A DNA stretch of 64,000 nt from the NCBI GenBank assembly GCA_963772725.1, contig CAVYYI010000001.1, forward strand, positions 224,001-288,000. Reading direction: 5' to 3'. The stretch comes from an uncultured Phycisphaerales bacterium. GTDB taxonomy: Bacteria; Planctomycetota; Phycisphaerae; Sedimentisphaerales; Anaerobacaceae. Of this stretch, positions 20,501 to 31,095 are shown piece by piece. Every line of letters starts with the position of its first letter. Within the stretch, counting starts at the first letter, position 1. The notes beneath the pieces were generated by a model. The model was given only the letters and a program-made list of their open reading frames with translations, was not told the origin of the DNA and made no database searches. Both the position numbers and the translations under genes were made by a program.

Positions 20501-22456
20501 AAAATCTATACCAATTATCCTGACAGGCCTGTAACCACGATTGACCTCTCCGGAAAGGGACTTAGTCCGGGCGGAACCAGCGTAATTTATGTTTCGCCGA
20601 CCGGGAACGACGCCAATACAGGCGAGTCGTGGGGCGAGGCCTTGGCTACAATATCTGCCGCCATAGAGACCTTGCCGAGTGAAGGCGGGAATATCTGGGT
20701 TAAAAAAGGTACTTATAATTTGACTGAAACCATTACAGTATCTAACTTTGCTAAACTTTACGGCGGTTTCACGGGCACTGAATCCAGCCTTACAGAGCGG
20801 GATATTTCAAAGATATTTACCGACAATGCTGCGACTCTTAATATGACCGCAAATGCTAAAAGGGTTATGAATATTGATACGGTCAACAACGTTTGCGTTG
20901 ACGGTTTCATTCTTAAAGGTGCAGCTAATGTCAGCGGCGGCGGGGCAGGACTGCGGCTGTCTCAGTGCTCCGGTTCAGTGGTTGTACAAAACTGCCAAAT
21001 AACGGGTAATTCCGACTCATCTGCCGATGGTGCCGGGGCAGGCGTCCGCATGGTCTCATCTAATGTGGCTTTTATTAACTGTGAGATTACCAATAATTTA
21101 TCTCAAAGCACTATTGGCGGCGGTGGTATGTATTTCGATAGCACTTCAACGGCAGTTTTAACCGATTGCGCTATCAGCGGAAACAAAACCAATGCCAATA
21201 ATGGCGGAGGAATCTACATCAATGCTTCCGCAACGCCTGTTCGTTTTGAGAACTGCCGAATCAGCAATAATTCTTCAGCATTATGCGGTGGCGGTATCTA
21301 CGCGGTTGGTTCCCTTACTCTGAAGGATTGTATCTTAACGGATAATCTCGTCCGGGCAGCTACCGCCGAATCGTATGGCGGCGGCGGTATTTATCTAAAT
21401 TCCGGCAGCGCAAATGTAAACATTGATAACTGTGTATTCAGCGGTAATTATGTCAATGCTGCTTCTTCCGGCAGGGGAGGCGGCGGGGCGATGCAGTTTA
21501 AAAACTGGTCAACTATATCGGTTACAAACAGCCTCTTTACCGGCAATCGTGTTTCAGGCGAAACTCAAACGCGGGGTGGCGCCATTTATTTTCGTGAAGG
21601 CACAAGTACTGTTACAATCAGGAACTGCACGCTCGACGACAATTATGTTGGAAACGATGGCGGCGGTATTAACGTCCGCTCCGGCAATGTAAATCTGATT
21701 AACACGATTCTGACCAATAACGATAAGCAGGCCTTTCATGTCTGGTTTGACGGTACATCAACCGAGTCTGCCAATCTTTATTATAACAATGGTACTGATG
21801 GTACGCCTGTCGCTGACCCCCTGTATGTCTGCCGCTCCGTTTCTGCTGTAACAGGTACATGGTCAAGTGTCGCCAGTTTCGTTCCTAACGCACTTACTGG
21901 TCTTGGGACAACAGTTCTTACAGCCAATGGAACTCCTTTTACAGGTCTGCAGTTCATCGGTATGTTAATCAATCCCGACATAACTCAGAAGCGTCAGGCG
22001 TTAATACTCTCGAACACTAATAATACCGTTACCGTAGAAGGTAACGGCGCTGCTGATTATGGTGTAAGTGCCGGTGATAGTTTCAGAGTTATTGACAATC
22101 ATGAGTGTTCTGTGGCCGGCAGATTTAATTTTGTTGCAGGTTTATGGCAGACCGATACTGTCCATAGTTCGGCTATTGATACCGGCGATGCGAATTACAC
22201 GTGGGTTGGCGAATTGTGGCCTCATGGAAAGCATATAAATAAAGGCGCCTATGGCGGCACTCCGCAGGCAAGTATGTCAACTTCGAGTGTGGGCAATAAG
22301 GCAGATTTTAACAATGACGACGACGTTGATTATATTGACCTTGCCCGTTTAGCCGATAAATGGCTTATAGAGGAAATTCTTTTGGCTGAGGATTTGAATC
22401 GTGATGGTAAAGTTGATTTCTTGGATTTTGCGATTTTCGTTGAAGACTGGCAATGA
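17516..22456 (+). CDS. Unassigned family-X domain (copy A) + Ig-like + beta-helix + dockerin-like module; secreted
   Basis: Signal peptide; first ~905 aa homologous to the genes at 25657, 31685, 55541 and 63739; last ~740 aa homologous to the C-terminus of 10435-14913. Confidence 0.8.
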   Translation: MRLLQKITITLFLLVPNAVFAVVIENDQYRLEQTSNSSIAVTHKSSGLSVVFTPTFTVFFGTSDPNYVPTYTTVTDPVSVRTSSWNGDMNFFNAPGAKTTITCNGYSLVSGKIHWTFASQANFDLSADVETGTGTIEPKVTVTMTPKTTGYFSIGFAGTPAVAFSSTDWIWQPLVWQGKRIPGKSYLTSEFECSIGGTLMGYSGKTVGVTAAPAEMTFRLPTRENSLFGALLRNSAGQAQPMVFAPIYGGPNSNRTTGSVFTFGYHFFVRPGNWYENYEYLGYNLYGFSDYRENARCSLNQTIDNMVDFIMNTTGNNYSYWYPEQKTNGYQQDMAGSGRQQSAACELSLAMVRDNQQIYEQRSLPTIEYFTSRNSSTIVLDGSTPYMDGPTGTVEDWCALSLLSGKRCYIFQKIATDFAGSLLSRINPSTTYTRTQALDNAKNYLRSLIAMYRMTGIAEYLDDAKKAADDYIYWRINREPIDFYDMDSSFWIEIGPIWDALEQIYNETGRTDYLNATIAAIKQRTAFNYLTPPIPNTNVTVDGETVPAWRVSSTGLNAECGGTAHSHRGIFMMPEAGPMLRMAYRSGDTLLRDIARAAVVGRYANYPGYTYRDRLRLEFTRPDYPLRWFEDYVNTAHYNHPLPMCLYTIDFLVSDFLARSAGAISFPCRYSSTGAYFRNQIYGDRPGSFYGDSGVWLWLPKALVTTNNIQLNYIAGYGNGKLYLAFANQSKSPVTTTVTLNNSLIPYGTSHSAAVWQQNVPAGTTTVVNGQVTVNVAADGITALAIDGINIRPFFQSKYTYASSYTLPSQSYQSTTTSYGKVTGSIISFSRSLTSSHVWLGADTSQLQRATLHYSTGAAWQQITDSTYPFEFTIPLDASVPNFTFYIEGLKVGGATENSSTLTLPVFTVPHWTVGSIAFPDVVAGAPVGEANDVLIENDTPGNLVFTGSGLEITGDDANNFSYQISSTNPIPSGQTRTVSVTFRPLMRGSKNAQLKIYTNYPDRPVTTIDLSGKGLSPGGTSVIYVSPTGNDANTGESWGEALATISAAIETLPSEGGNIWVKKGTYNLTETITVSNFAKLYGGFTGTESSLTERDISKIFTDNAATLNMTANAKRVMNIDTVNNVCVDGFILKGAANVSGGGAGLRLSQCSGSVVVQNCQITGNSDSSADGAGAGVRMVSSNVAFINCEITNNLSQSTIGGGGMYFDSTSTAVLTDCAISGNKTNANNGGGIYINASATPVRFENCRISNNSSALCGGGIYAVGSLTLKDCILTDNLVRAATAESYGGGGIYLNSGSANVNIDNCVFSGNYVNAASSGRGGGGAMQFKNWSTISVTNSLFTGNRVSGETQTRGGAIYFREGTSTVTIRNCTLDDNYVGNDGGGINVRSGNVNLINTILTNNDKQAFHVWFDGTSTESANLYYNNGTDGTPVADPLYVCRSVSAVTGTWSSVASFVPNALTGLGTTVLTANGTPFTGLQFIGMLINPDITQKRQALILSNTNNTVTVEGNGAADYGVSAGDSFRVIDNHECSVAGRFNFVAGLWQTDTVHSSAIDTGDANYTWVGELWPHGKHINKGAYGGTPQASMSTSSVGNKADFNNDDDVDYIDLARLADKWLIEEILLAEDLNRDGKVDFLDFAIFVEDWQ

Positions 22457-25400
22457 ATAAAACAAACACAATATTTTTTTTAGTCTGTTTTTTCCTGTTT
22501 TGCTCTTCCTCACAGGCACAGCGATGGTATGTAAATGCCGCTGTTTCATCCAGCGGAAACGGCACTTCCTGGGGGGCAACTTTTAAGACAATAGATGAAG
22601 GTATCACAGCGGCAGTAAATTCAGGCGACGAAGTTTGGGTAAAGGCAGGCAGCTATCAGGTTACACACGCGCTGTCTATTTCAAACGGTGTTTCACTTTA
22701 TGGCGGATTTACCGGCACAGAATCGGATGTCAACGACCGACAGGAAATAAATTTTGCAAATGAAACGTCTATTGTCCAGACTGTGGTAAATACTGCTGTC
22801 ATACAGATTTCCTCCGGTACAAATATAAAGGTAGATGGATTCTCTCTTACAGGCGCATCAAACAAGTCCGGCCTGATACTGAATCAGTGCGGCAATACTG
22901 TAACTTTCCGGAACTGTCAGATTAAAGGCAATACCAGCCCGGATAATGGCGCAGGTGTAAGACTGATTTCAAGCAATCCTGTCTTTTTTAATTGTAAAGT
23001 CAGCGGCAATACCGCGACAGGTACCGCTTCAGGGGGCGGAATTTATATAGATCCTAATTCAGCGGGTTCCTGGACATTTTGTTATATCACTGATAACATA
23101 GTTAACGGCAGTAATGGCGGAAGCGCCTTCATAGAACCGGGAACAGGTTATAATCCATATTTCAGCAGGACAAATTTTATCGCCAACGAATCAGGTACGC
23201 TCGGCAGCGCAATTTACGGCAAAGGTGTCTTTACTGTTAAGGATTGCATGATTACAGCAAACAGAATACGCAGTTCTGCTCCCAGCGGGGCGATTTATCT
23301 TTACGGAACAGGCACAAATGTAACTTTCAGCGGAGAAACTCATAACATCGGCAACGCTTATAACAGCAGCAGTCTTACGGAATATCCCGGTATCAGCGGT
23401 ACAGGCGGTTATACAGTTATAGATACAGCCATTGTCAATGAAACGCTCGGCACCACAAGTTCAAGTGAATTTTTAAGGCCGGATGTAAAGACTGTGATGC
23501 AGGATGTATTTATTCCGGATATGACCGAAGGCAGTCCGGCTCCCGGTAAAAGGGTAAGGCAAACCACACCTCAATATCAGGGAACCGCTGCTTATCATTG
23601 TCTTTATCTTCCGACCGACTGGCAGCCCGGCCATAAATATCCTGTTTTTGTTGATTATCCAGGTAACGGGCCGTTTCGTAACAGGTATGCCGACCGCAGC
23701 GGCGGAATGCCGGAATCGCCACCTACGGGTTTTGGCATATCAGGGGGCAAAGGATTTATCGTAATTGGGATGCCTTATGTTAATTCAAACAACAATATGG
23801 CTCCCACCGGCAGCTGGTGGGGCAATGTTCAGTCAACTATTGATTACTGCATAAAAACTGTTCAATATGTCTGCGATAATTATGGCGGCGACCCCTGTTC
23901 GGTAATTCTTACGGGCTTTTCACGCTCGGCAGTCGGGACGGGTTTTATCGGAAGATATACTGATGCCATTTCAGATTTATGGCTTGCCTTTATTTCTTAC
24001 GATGGCTGGGATGATGAGGATTATATCTTGAATAATACCTACAATTATCCCAACTCATCTTATAATTATGATACAGCCGATTTTAATTATCAAGGCGCAG
24101 TAATAAGATTTGAGCGTATTGCCGGCAGGGCGAACTTTATTCTTAATGCCGGTTGGACCAATAGAGCCGAAGTCCTTAACGTCAACTATAATTTCCCCTT
24201 TACCACCTATGTTAATATATACAGGAATCATAACGCGACATGGTGTTTGCGAGGTACTGCCGAGCGCGCTGTTATTCGCAACTGGGTACAGAGCGTCCTT
24301 CGAGACAGGCCCGGCATACATAGTCTTTCTGGAAAAGTTACTGATATGAGAGGAAACAATGCTGCTGATGTTAATATTACCAAATCAGATTCTTTCCTTG
24401 CAATCACTGATGCAAACGGAAATTATAAGTTCGAAAGATTAATCGCCTATAATAGCACAATCACACCTTCCAAATCAGGTTATTCGTTTCTTCCGCCACA
24501 AAGACAGATATCCGTCATGAACGCGGACAGGGAAAATGTTGATTGGGCCTGCAAGCCGGGAGTGTTTGAACATCTCGATTTTTTAAAAGTTTTCACACCG
24601 CACTGGCTTGAGAATAATATTCAGGATATTAACGGCCAGAGCATCTGTACTTATACTTCGCCTGCCGACGAAGATGGTGACGGCAAAGTTGATTTTAAGG
24701 ATTTCGCGGTTCTATCAAATGCTATTCAACCGGTTGTTATCACAACATCCAATCTTATTCCACCAGCCACTCTGATTGCTGCAGCTTCGGATTATCTTAT
24801 TTCCGGTGTACAGCCGCTCTATGCTGTGAATGGTGCGGGTATGGCCGGCGATTCTCACACAAATGGAACCCCTGTCGGGAATATGTGGATGAGCCTTAAC
24901 AGCAATCTGCCGAAATGGTTTAAGGTTGACCTTGCCGCTACGTACAGGCTCGACTCAATGAAGATTTGGAATTTTAACTTGACCAACTATACAAGTCGCG
25001 GCTGTAAACAGGTTGATATTTACTATTCAGCTTCTGCCGCCGACCCGGGCAATCCGGTTGCTAATCCTGACAATTGGACTGTTTTTGGCACACCTGGTGT
25101 ATTCGAGCTGACACAGGCCCCGGGTGCAAGTGACTATGGTACTACAAATCCGGTTAAGCCTGACCAGATAAATCTTATGGGAATAAGAGCGAGATGGATA
25201 TCGCTAAAAATAAATAGTCATTATGGCGGGAGTTACTGCGGATTGAGCGAGATACAGTTTTTGGGCGAAAGCATGGCATTTCCTGACTGCTGGAACTGTC
25301 CAACGCAGTGTCATGGCGACAGCGACTGTGATACCGATATTGATTATTATGACCTTACGGCTTTCTGTGAATCTTTTGGCGAGCAATACCCCTCCGACAA

Positions 25401-25536
25401 TTATAATCCCTGTAGTGATTTTAACCGCGATGGTATGGTTAACACGCAGGATTGGGCACCATTAAGAGATAATGTTGGCAAGTTTCCTGTCGGCGATTGC
25501 ACGCCCGGCGGAACCTGGCCGCCTCTGGTACCATGA
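22453..25536 (+). CDS. Secreted beta-helix + alpha/beta-hydrolase-like + Ig-like + dockerin-like + discoidin-like protein (putative esterase)
   Basis: LYLPTDWQPGHKYPV; nucleophile-elbow-like LTGFSRSA; WFKVDL..MKIWNFN..CGLSEIQF; DxDxDGKVDFKDFA; ATGA overlap with the upstream gene. Confidence 0.7.
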   Translation: MNKTNTIFFLVCFFLFCSSSQAQRWYVNAAVSSSGNGTSWGATFKTIDEGITAAVNSGDEVWVKAGSYQVTHALSISNGVSLYGGFTGTESDVNDRQEINFANETSIVQTVVNTAVIQISSGTNIKVDGFSLTGASNKSGLILNQCGNTVTFRNCQIKGNTSPDNGAGVRLISSNPVFFNCKVSGNTATGTASGGGIYIDPNSAGSWTFCYITDNIVNGSNGGSAFIEPGTGYNPYFSRTNFIANESGTLGSAIYGKGVFTVKDCMITANRIRSSAPSGAIYLYGTGTNVTFSGETHNIGNAYNSSSLTEYPGISGTGGYTVIDTAIVNETLGTTSSSEFLRPDVKTVMQDVFIPDMTEGSPAPGKRVRQTTPQYQGTAAYHCLYLPTDWQPGHKYPVFVDYPGNGPFRNRYADRSGGMPESPPTGFGISGGKGFIVIGMPYVNSNNNMAPTGSWWGNVQSTIDYCIKTVQYVCDNYGGDPCSVILTGFSRSAVGTGFIGRYTDAISDLWLAFISYDGWDDEDYILNNTYNYPNSSYNYDTADFNYQGAVIRFERIAGRANFILNAGWTNRAEVLNVNYNFPFTTYVNIYRNHNATWCLRGTAERAVIRNWVQSVLRDRPGIHSLSGKVTDMRGNNAADVNITKSDSFLAITDANGNYKFERLIAYNSTITPSKSGYSFLPPQRQISVMNADRENVDWACKPGVFEHLDFLKVFTPHWLENNIQDINGQSICTYTSPADEDGDGKVDFKDFAVLSNAIQPVVITTSNLIPPATLIAAASDYLISGVQPLYAVNGAGMAGDSHTNGTPVGNMWMSLNSNLPKWFKVDLAATYRLDSMKIWNFNLTNYTSRGCKQVDIYYSASAADPGNPVANPDNWTVFGTPGVFELTQAPGASDYGTTNPVKPDQINLMGIRARWISLKINSHYGGSYCGLSEIQFLGESMAFPDCWNCPTQCHGDSDCDTDIDYYDLTAFCESFGEQYPSDNYNPCSDFNRDGMVNTQDWAPLRDNVGKFPVGDCTPGGTWPPLVP

Positions 25537-25630
25537 ATTCAGGGGTATATGGCAGGATATAAAGGAAAGTTCATAACAGAGTAAAATTTGAGGTTTATCA
25601 CAAAATTCTGCAATAATTTGTGTTCCAATC

Positions 25631-25639
25631 TGGTATAAT
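25631..25639 (+). promoter_or_regulatory. Extended -10 element
   Basis: TGgTATAAT 18 bp upstream of the ATG at 25657. Confidence 0.4.
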
Positions 25640-25656
25640 GAGAAGGTGTTGAAAGG

Positions 25657-28600
25657 ATGATGTGTATGTACAAGCGAAGAATCATTACAATAATAGCATT
25701 GATATTGTCTTATTGCGGCAGTATTGCTTCCGCTGTTGTTTACTGGGATAACGATACCGGCAATAAAAGATGGCAGGACGCCCTTAACTGGAGCGGCAAC
25801 GCTGGTCCCACCGCTAATCCGGCTATTGATATTGGGACCCCCAATGGCGTCAATGAGTGTATTATTGGTTCAGGAGTTATCGCAAATGAGCCAGCTTCTT
25901 TATCGATAGGATATAATACCGCCACTGAGGGTGCCTTACTTGTTGATGGCGGAAGTTTGGTTTGTAATGAATTTCTTAATATCGGCTACAAAGGCAAAGG
26001 CACATGCAGATTGAAAAGCGGAAGTATTTCCACGGTATTAGATGATGTGAAACTTGGGGGAAGCGACAACGGCGATGGAATGCTTAACATCGAAGGCGGA
26101 ACAATAACCGTGAAAAGATTTTTCTGTCCGCCTCTCCAGGCAACGGCAAAAGGCACAGTTAATATGAGCGGCGGCCTGATAGTTGTTACCGATTACGACT
26201 TTGGTAAAGGAACCGGCAGCACGCTTATACCAGGTGAATTTACCGTTAATATCAGCGCAGGGACAATCCATCCCACGAGAGATTTTTACGCTGGTAAGGA
26301 CGCCAAATTCACGATGGACATGACCGGCGGTTTGATTCTGGTTGGCGGCGCTTCCGTATTGCCTATGCAGATACTTCAGATGCACTGGTAAATCTTCATG
26401 GAGGTACTATTAATACCATTGGTTTTACAATGAATTCGTCTGCCGTATCGGCTAAATTAGATATTGAGGCGGGTACGCTTATAATAGACGGGAACGTGGT
26501 TTCTACAATTAGTTCTTATGCAGGCAGCAGTATGATAACTGCTTATAATGGGCTTGGCCGACTCCGAGTAGATTACAATGTTAGAAACACCAGCAAAACA
26601 ACCGTTACCGCTTCAATTACACCGGAACCAGCTTACAACCCAAACCCATCTCATAATGCTGTTGGCGTTAATCCTGCAACCAACCTCACATGGACGGCTG
26701 GCAGTGGGACAGTCTCGCATGATGTTTACCTCGGCACAAATCTTAGCGAAGTAACTAATGCTGCCGACCCCAATACTTTACCCGGCAGGGGCAATCAAAC
26801 AGCAACAACATACAACCCGTCTGCCGACCTTGACGCTAACACGACTTACTATTGGCGAATTGATGAACGAAATACTTACGGTGCTACAAAGGGCGACATA
26901 TGGAGTTTCACGACTGAGGAAATTAAAAATTATGTGCTTCAAAACGATGTTTACGGTATTGAACTCCTGCCTGATTTGACTATGAGAGTAACTAACAAGG
27001 CTGCTTCAGTATCAGCAGATTTTGTCCCGAAGTTTACGGTTATATATAGTTCTTCACGACCGACCTTATCGTCAGGCGAGTTGACTGCCGAGTGGCCAAC
27101 GGGCAGAAACCCGTTTCTAACAGGCACTAATTATACAGTTCAGGCATCTGCTTCGCAGGTTGTCGATGGCAATCTGGTTCTGACTTTCCCGGAACAAACA
27201 TATTTTACACTTACCGCATATCTCGGTTTTTCTTCTGATTATGATGAGCCGGTACTTACTTATGCATTAGTATCTAAATCTGCGGGCTGGTTTATGACAG
27301 CTTATACCGGCGCACCGCAGACAAATCCTGCAACCATGGAAATTATTCCTCAGCCAGCAACGTGGAGTGACAACGTCCCCGGCCCTCCAGATGGCCCGGC
27401 GCCTGCATTTCCATCGGAGCCGAAATTCACGCAGGAGTCTCTCTCTACGATTAGTATGGTAATGACAAGAAATAACGGCCTGACCTGTGCGCTGGTCGTT
27501 AACCCTGACTATGTAACTTTCCGGATGCCTCAAAGGTATAATACCGAATTCGGTCTTTGCATCAGGAATCCCTCCGGCAATGCTCAGCCGATTATTCTGG
27601 CGCCGGAAATGGGCATCAGGAACCGAATTTGCCTGTGGATAAAGATTCATATTTGGCTGTCGGAAATACCTTTAACTTCAGCATGCTCTGGCTCGTTGAT
27701 AATAAACAATGGTCGGAAGCATATCGCCATATAGCTACGGGTATTTATAACGTCAGGGACCAGCGGGATAACTCAGGTGCGGGTTCTATGAATAAGTTCC
27801 TGGCTAATATAACCGATTACGCAATGGACGCCGACGGCAACAATTATAATATGTGGGACCCAGAGCAAAAGTGCAATGAGTATTTTACTGATATGCCTTA
27901 TGCGTTTAAGATGTTGGGCGGCCTTTATGCGATAAACGCAGCGATTGTTCTCAACGACAACGAAATGTTCTGGAAACGCGGCTTGCCGCAGGCCGAATAC
28001 GCCCTCAGCAGAGAACATCAGTATTTCCAGCCCTATGATGTTAATTATGGTACACAGATGACCATAAGCAGGGAAATGAATGGTCCGTTTATGTCCGGCA
28101 TAGACCTCGGCAATCTGTACTACCTCACCGGCGGACGCACCACAGCTTTTAAAACGTATTCACAGGAAAAAGGTTTTTCTGCAAGTAATGGATCGTTCCA
28201 GCAGTCGCTGGAGTGGTACCGTCTCTGGGGTAACTCAACCGATTTAACCGCCGCCGTAAACGGCGCATACTGGTCTATCAGCAATCGCTACCATTACTAC
28301 GATTTCCAGAAATTCCTCGAAATCTACAATGAGACCGGCAACCCTGATTTCCTCCAGGCTGCAAAGGATGCTGGTTATCAATTTGTAACTACATTAAATG
28401 CCTGCCCGAGAGTACCAGATGTGAACGTTGTTGTTGACCGGTATAACGCTGCGCCGATACATTGGCATAGTTTCGGCAGACATGTTCTCTGGGGATTTCC
28501 GCCCCCTCTGCCTATGTACGCTCCTGAACAGTCCGTACCTGCATGGCGGCCTGCGGTTACAGGTATGATGCCAGAGGCGTATCGTGCATTTACTTTTTCG

Positions 28601-30049
28601 GAGTATCCCGGCGCATTACTCAGGTTAAGCGATTTGGCAAATGATACTTTCCTTCATGATATGGCCAGATGGGCTTTGGTCGGAAGGTGGGCAAATTACC
28701 CCGGCCAGCAAACTTCCAGGGCACATTCCTTAGTTTGGGAACTTGATGATTTCTGTATGCATCCCCTCCAGTATATGACTTTTACTTCAATGCACTTCTG
28801 GCATCACTGGATGTACTTTGCTTACGCTATTGATTACCTCGTCAGCGATACCATTTATAAAGCCGATGGCAATATCACTTTTCCGCTGCACAGAATGTTC
28901 GACGGGAACGGCAGGATGAATATGTGGGGCGAAAGAACGGGTATTTTCTATGGAGATGAAAATGTCGTTCTTTGGCTGCCGAGAAATCTCCTGACCATAA
29001 GCACGCAGCAGATTAACTACATCGCTGGCTATGGAAACGGCAAACTTTATCTTGCCTTGTCAAACCAGTCCGCAAATGCTCTCAATAATGTTACTATCTC
29101 GCTAAATCCGAATTTGGTCGCCTATGGTTCTGCCCATAAGGCCAAAGTATGGAAAGAAAACATTCGGCAGAATAATATGAGTATTTTTGATGGTTCATTT
29201 ACTGTTGATGTCGCACCCAAAGGTCTTACTGTTCTGGCAATCGAAGATATTACCGTAAAAACCAGCAGAGTTCATACTGAACTTTTCAAATCTGCCGGCC
29301 AGCTCGCACAGGACAGCCTTGCCAGAACCCAGGAACCTTTTGGCAAAATGGTGGGTATGGTTATTTCATTTGGTCCGGAGCAGTCGGAGGCGTACTGTTA
29401 TACCGATGCCAAACCATATTGGCTCGGCGGTGCAAATGACGTTAATTATATCACTATGAACTACTCGATAGACAACGGCCCATGGCAGCAGGTTATAGAC
29501 AGAATTTTCCCGTATGAATTCTCAACTAAGCTCAATCTCAATCAGAATACCCAGAGCTTCAGGTACTATTTCGATGCGTTGACTATTAATAACACACACG
29601 AAATATCCGCCACACGAACATTAAGCCTTGCTGTTACTGTACCTTCGCCGGCTATTTCAGGCAGAGTTACAGACCTCGACGGCACAGGTATTGGCGGCGT
29701 GCTTATTCAGAGCAGCGACTCACAATCCGCCACTACAAATTCCAATGGCTACTATACCATAACAGATGTTTCAAATGGTCTAAAGACCCTGACTGTTTCC
29801 AAAGGAGGATATTCGTTTATTCCTGCGCATCGACCCGTTAATGTCCAGGGCCGCAGCATCGCCAATGTCAACTGGTTCGGCAGAGCCGGCTCACTTGATT
29901 CTTTCGATTACCTCGCTGTACTTGCGGAACATTGGCTTGAAGACAACACTGTTCTTGTTGGCGGCTCGCCTGTTTGTGAAGCTACGCCGCCCGGTGACCT
30001 CGATGAAAACTGCAAGGTTAACTTCCTGGATTTCGCTTTAATACCTTAG
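25657..30049 (+). CDS. Secreted beta-strand-repeat + Ig/FN3-like + family-X domain (copy B) + dockerin-like protein (frameshifts at ~26351 and ~27612)
   Basis: Three consecutive ORFs join by single-base additions (GGAFRIAYADT; APEMGHQEPN); VPAWR, GRWANYPG, YIAGYGNGKLYLA, FPYEF motifs. Confidence 0.75.
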
Positions 30050-30051
30050 TA

Positions 30052-31064
30052 ACCTGAACTTTGGATAAGGATATAGAAAAACGGCCTGTCTGCCGAAGGA
30101 AATAATATTGTTGTCACTAAAATATTATTGACCCTTAGGCAAAGGAGGCCGTCAAATGTTGGATTTTACCACATTATTTGTAGATGTCGATGATTGTTGG
30201 AAAGTTTTTCAAAAAATTTATAATAAACACTGCTCGATGATGGAACTATCCGGCGTAACAGGGATTGCAACTTAAGTATCAGTGAGATTATGACTATTAT
30301 AATTGGCTTCCAAACAAGCGGTTTTCGTACTTTTAAGGCATACTATCAGTATGTTCTCAAGCATCACAGATGCGATTTCCCCGATTTGGTCAGCTATGAT
30401 AGATTTGTTTATCTTATTCCCAGGTCAGTTATTCCGATGTTTGTCTATTTACAGAGTTGCGGCATTGATAAACCGACAGGCATCTCTTTTATTGACAGTA
30501 CATCTCTTAAAGTCTGTCATAACAAGCGAATCTGCCGTCACCGCGTTTTTGACGGTTTGGCTGCAATCGGGAAGACCACAATGGGATGGTTTTATGGCTT
30601 TAAGCTTCACCTTATAATAAATGAGTGCGGCGGATTATTGTCTTATCGGCTGACTGCTGGTAATGTTGCTGACAGCCGGATGGCAGAGCCTATGACAAAG
30701 GGTTTGTTTGGAAAGCTCTTTGGAGACAAGGGTTATATAGGCAAAGGCCTGTTTGAAAAGCTACTGAGCAAAGGCGTCAAATTGATAACCAATGTTCGTA
30801 AGAATATGAAATCCTGCCTGATGGAATTGGAGGATAAGATTTTGTTGAGAAAACGTTCACTGATTGAAACCGTAAATGATACGCTGAAAAATGTTTGCCA
30901 GATTGAGCATTCTCGGCATCGCAGCCCGATTAATTTTCTGGCACATTTGTTAGCCGGTCTTGTAGCCTATACGAGACTGCCGAAAAAACCTTCGCTAAAA
31001 ATAGAAAGTATCAAATATCAGTCAGGAAAAAGTGTTTATCTCATTGCTTAAACAAAGTTCAGGT
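30052..31064 (+). mobile_element. IS982-family insertion sequence
   Basis: Terminal inverted repeats acctgaactttggataag (30052-30069) and cttaaacaaagttcaggt (31047-31064), 16/18 match; TAGTA target duplication at 30047-30051 and 31065-31069. Confidence 0.92.
30156..31051 (+). CDS. IS982-family DDE transposase (frameshift at ~30230)
   Basis: MLDFTTLFVDVDD start after AGGAGG; FIDSTSLKVCHNKR, GWFYGFKLHL, GDKGY, RKRSLIETVND.LKN. Confidence 0.9.
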
Positions 31065-31095
31065 TAGTATTATATGAGATAAGCTCTATATCAGG

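Noticed and set aside
25575..25615. Possible eleventh operator (agtaaaattt ... cacaaaattc)
   Set aside because: Spacing is about 19 bp rather than 21, the match is poor and no -35 lies at the expected offset
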